DNA of 5,589 nucleotides, taken from the IMG/VR virus record IMGVR_UViG_3300045988_020078. One strand, given 5' to 3'. This DNA is from a virus. A program made the position numbers and the translations under genes. The notes below the pieces were generated by a model that saw nothing but the letters and a program-made list of their open reading frames with translations, was not told where the DNA came from and made no database searches. Positions 5,027 through 5,589 of this stretch are shown here, in pieces (within the stretch, counting starts at the first letter, position 1; every line of letters starts with the position of its first letter).

Positions 5027-5407
5027 TTACACCCCCTTTCTGTATTTGTTTTCGCGTATGTCAATGTGTACAAAATTAGTATATCGGATAACTCCGCCTT
5101 TGTCAAGTATGCTATCTGCATATTCTGCAACTTCTTTTGAACTTTTTCCCTTTACTACGATATCAGCTGCCATCCCTTTGCAATGGTAAGATGCTTTTGC
5201 TCCGCCCACGTTTTTGTTGTGTTTTACGGTTCTAAAACCGCTGTTAATGGTTACTGGCAGATTGAAGTGGTTTCGGATTTTTTCTAATGCTTCTATCAGT
5301 TGACTGTCGATGAGAATGTTGTCTGTTCCGTCTTTACATGCAAACTCGTTTGCTTTAAAGTGTTCGGATACTCTTACATTGTCCTCTTTGCTGTATGCTA
5401 ATAACAT
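5027..5407 (-). CDS. Zinc D,D-/L,D-peptidase of the LAS fold, M15 family (Peptidase_M15_3 / M15A-like); putative peptidoglycan hydrolase
   Basis: It carries the signature SYHCKGMAAD, matching SxHxxGxAxD (nt 5162-5191; H codon checked at 5183-5185), plus a downstream FVHID histidine (nt 5066-5068). The N-terminal SEHFKANEFACKDG block is typical of M15_3 proteins. I place the start at ATG 5407-5405 (MLLAYSKE..., 126 aa), because AAGGAG (5416-5421) lies 8 nt upstream. The track start at 5461 has no SD and sits inside the predicted -10 element. Stop is TAA at 5027-5029. Confidence 0.88.
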   Translation of the reverse strand: MLLAYSKEDNVRVSEHFKANEFACKDGTDNILIDSQLIEALEKIRNHFNLPVTINSGFRTVKHNKNVGGAKASYHCKGMAADIVVKGKSSKEVAEYADSILDKGGVIRYTNFVHIDIRENKYRKGV

Positions 5408-5451
5408 GGTATTTACTCCTTTTCTGTTAAATACATTGCTACTTTTATTAC

Positions 5452-5480
5452 ATTCTATCATATTTTTTGGAAGATTTAAA
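5452..5480 (-). promoter_or_regulatory. Candidate sigma70-type promoter for the peptidase-to-capsid operon
   Basis: The minus strand reads TTTAAA (5480-5475, also 10-5), a 17-nt spacer, then TG-A-TAGAAT (the -10 at 5457-5452, with an extended -10 TG). It lies in the AT-rich segment between the rep stop and the peptidase, about 45 nt upstream of ATG 5407. Called by eye only. Confidence 0.35.
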
Positions 5481-5589
5481 GCTTTTTTAGAATTTTAATT
5501 GATATATTAGTAACTCGGTTTTGCTCCTTTGTTTTGAAAGCGCTTTAGCGCCTTGCCGTGCGTAGCGTATGCGGAGCTCGGCTAAATCC
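5471..5589. repeat. Right copy of the 119-nt terminal redundancy (circular-genome overlap)
   Basis: Identical to nt 1-119. The window ends inside the repeat. Confidence 0.95.

Noticed and set aside
4876-5130. 84-aa minus-strand ORF overlapping the peptidase 3' end
   Set aside because: It starts inside the peptidase gene in another frame and has no SD. It is displaced by the SD-supported 38-aa basic ORF (4908-5024). Its sequence has no recognisable features.
5459-5461. ATG at 5461 as the peptidase start (144-aa version)
   Set aside because: It has no SD and sits within the predicted extended -10 element. A downstream ATG at 5407 has a consensus AAGGAG at 8 nt. It is kept only as an alternative.

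Overview
The window is one complete, circularly permuted genome of a small ssDNA phage of the family Microviridae, with gokushovirus-like gene content. Nt 1-119 are repeated exactly at 5471-5589, so the unit circle is 5470 nt and the repeat is an assembly overlap, not a biological terminal repeat. All credible genes lie on the window minus strand, which is therefore the mRNA-sense and presumably packaged strand. In transcription order they are: a promoter-like region (5452-5480), an M15-family zinc peptidase (5027-5407), a 38-aa highly basic J/ORF8-like DNA-binding protein (4908-5024, not in the ORF track), a 38-aa helical acidic ORF (4760-4876, not in the ORF track), a VP5-like protein (4493-4747), a VP3-like scaffold (4063-4506), the major capsid VP1 (2367-4046), an intrinsic-terminator hairpin, the pilot protein VP2 (1471-2328), a strong intrinsic terminator, a ~320-nt non-coding region, and the HUH rolling-circle Rep VP4 (143-1147). 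The most unusual parts are: (i) a cell-wall peptidase in a phage family that normally has no endolysin, with no holin candidate; (ii) the large VP2-Rep intergenic region, carrying at least 9 same-orientation copies of TGTTGAA(A)(A)N in three clusters plus one inverted copy that forms a hairpin containing a DnaA-box-consensus 9-mer; (iii) a perfect 10-11 bp hairpin over the Rep start region. Every functional call rests on motif recognition and synteny read by eye. No database search was run.
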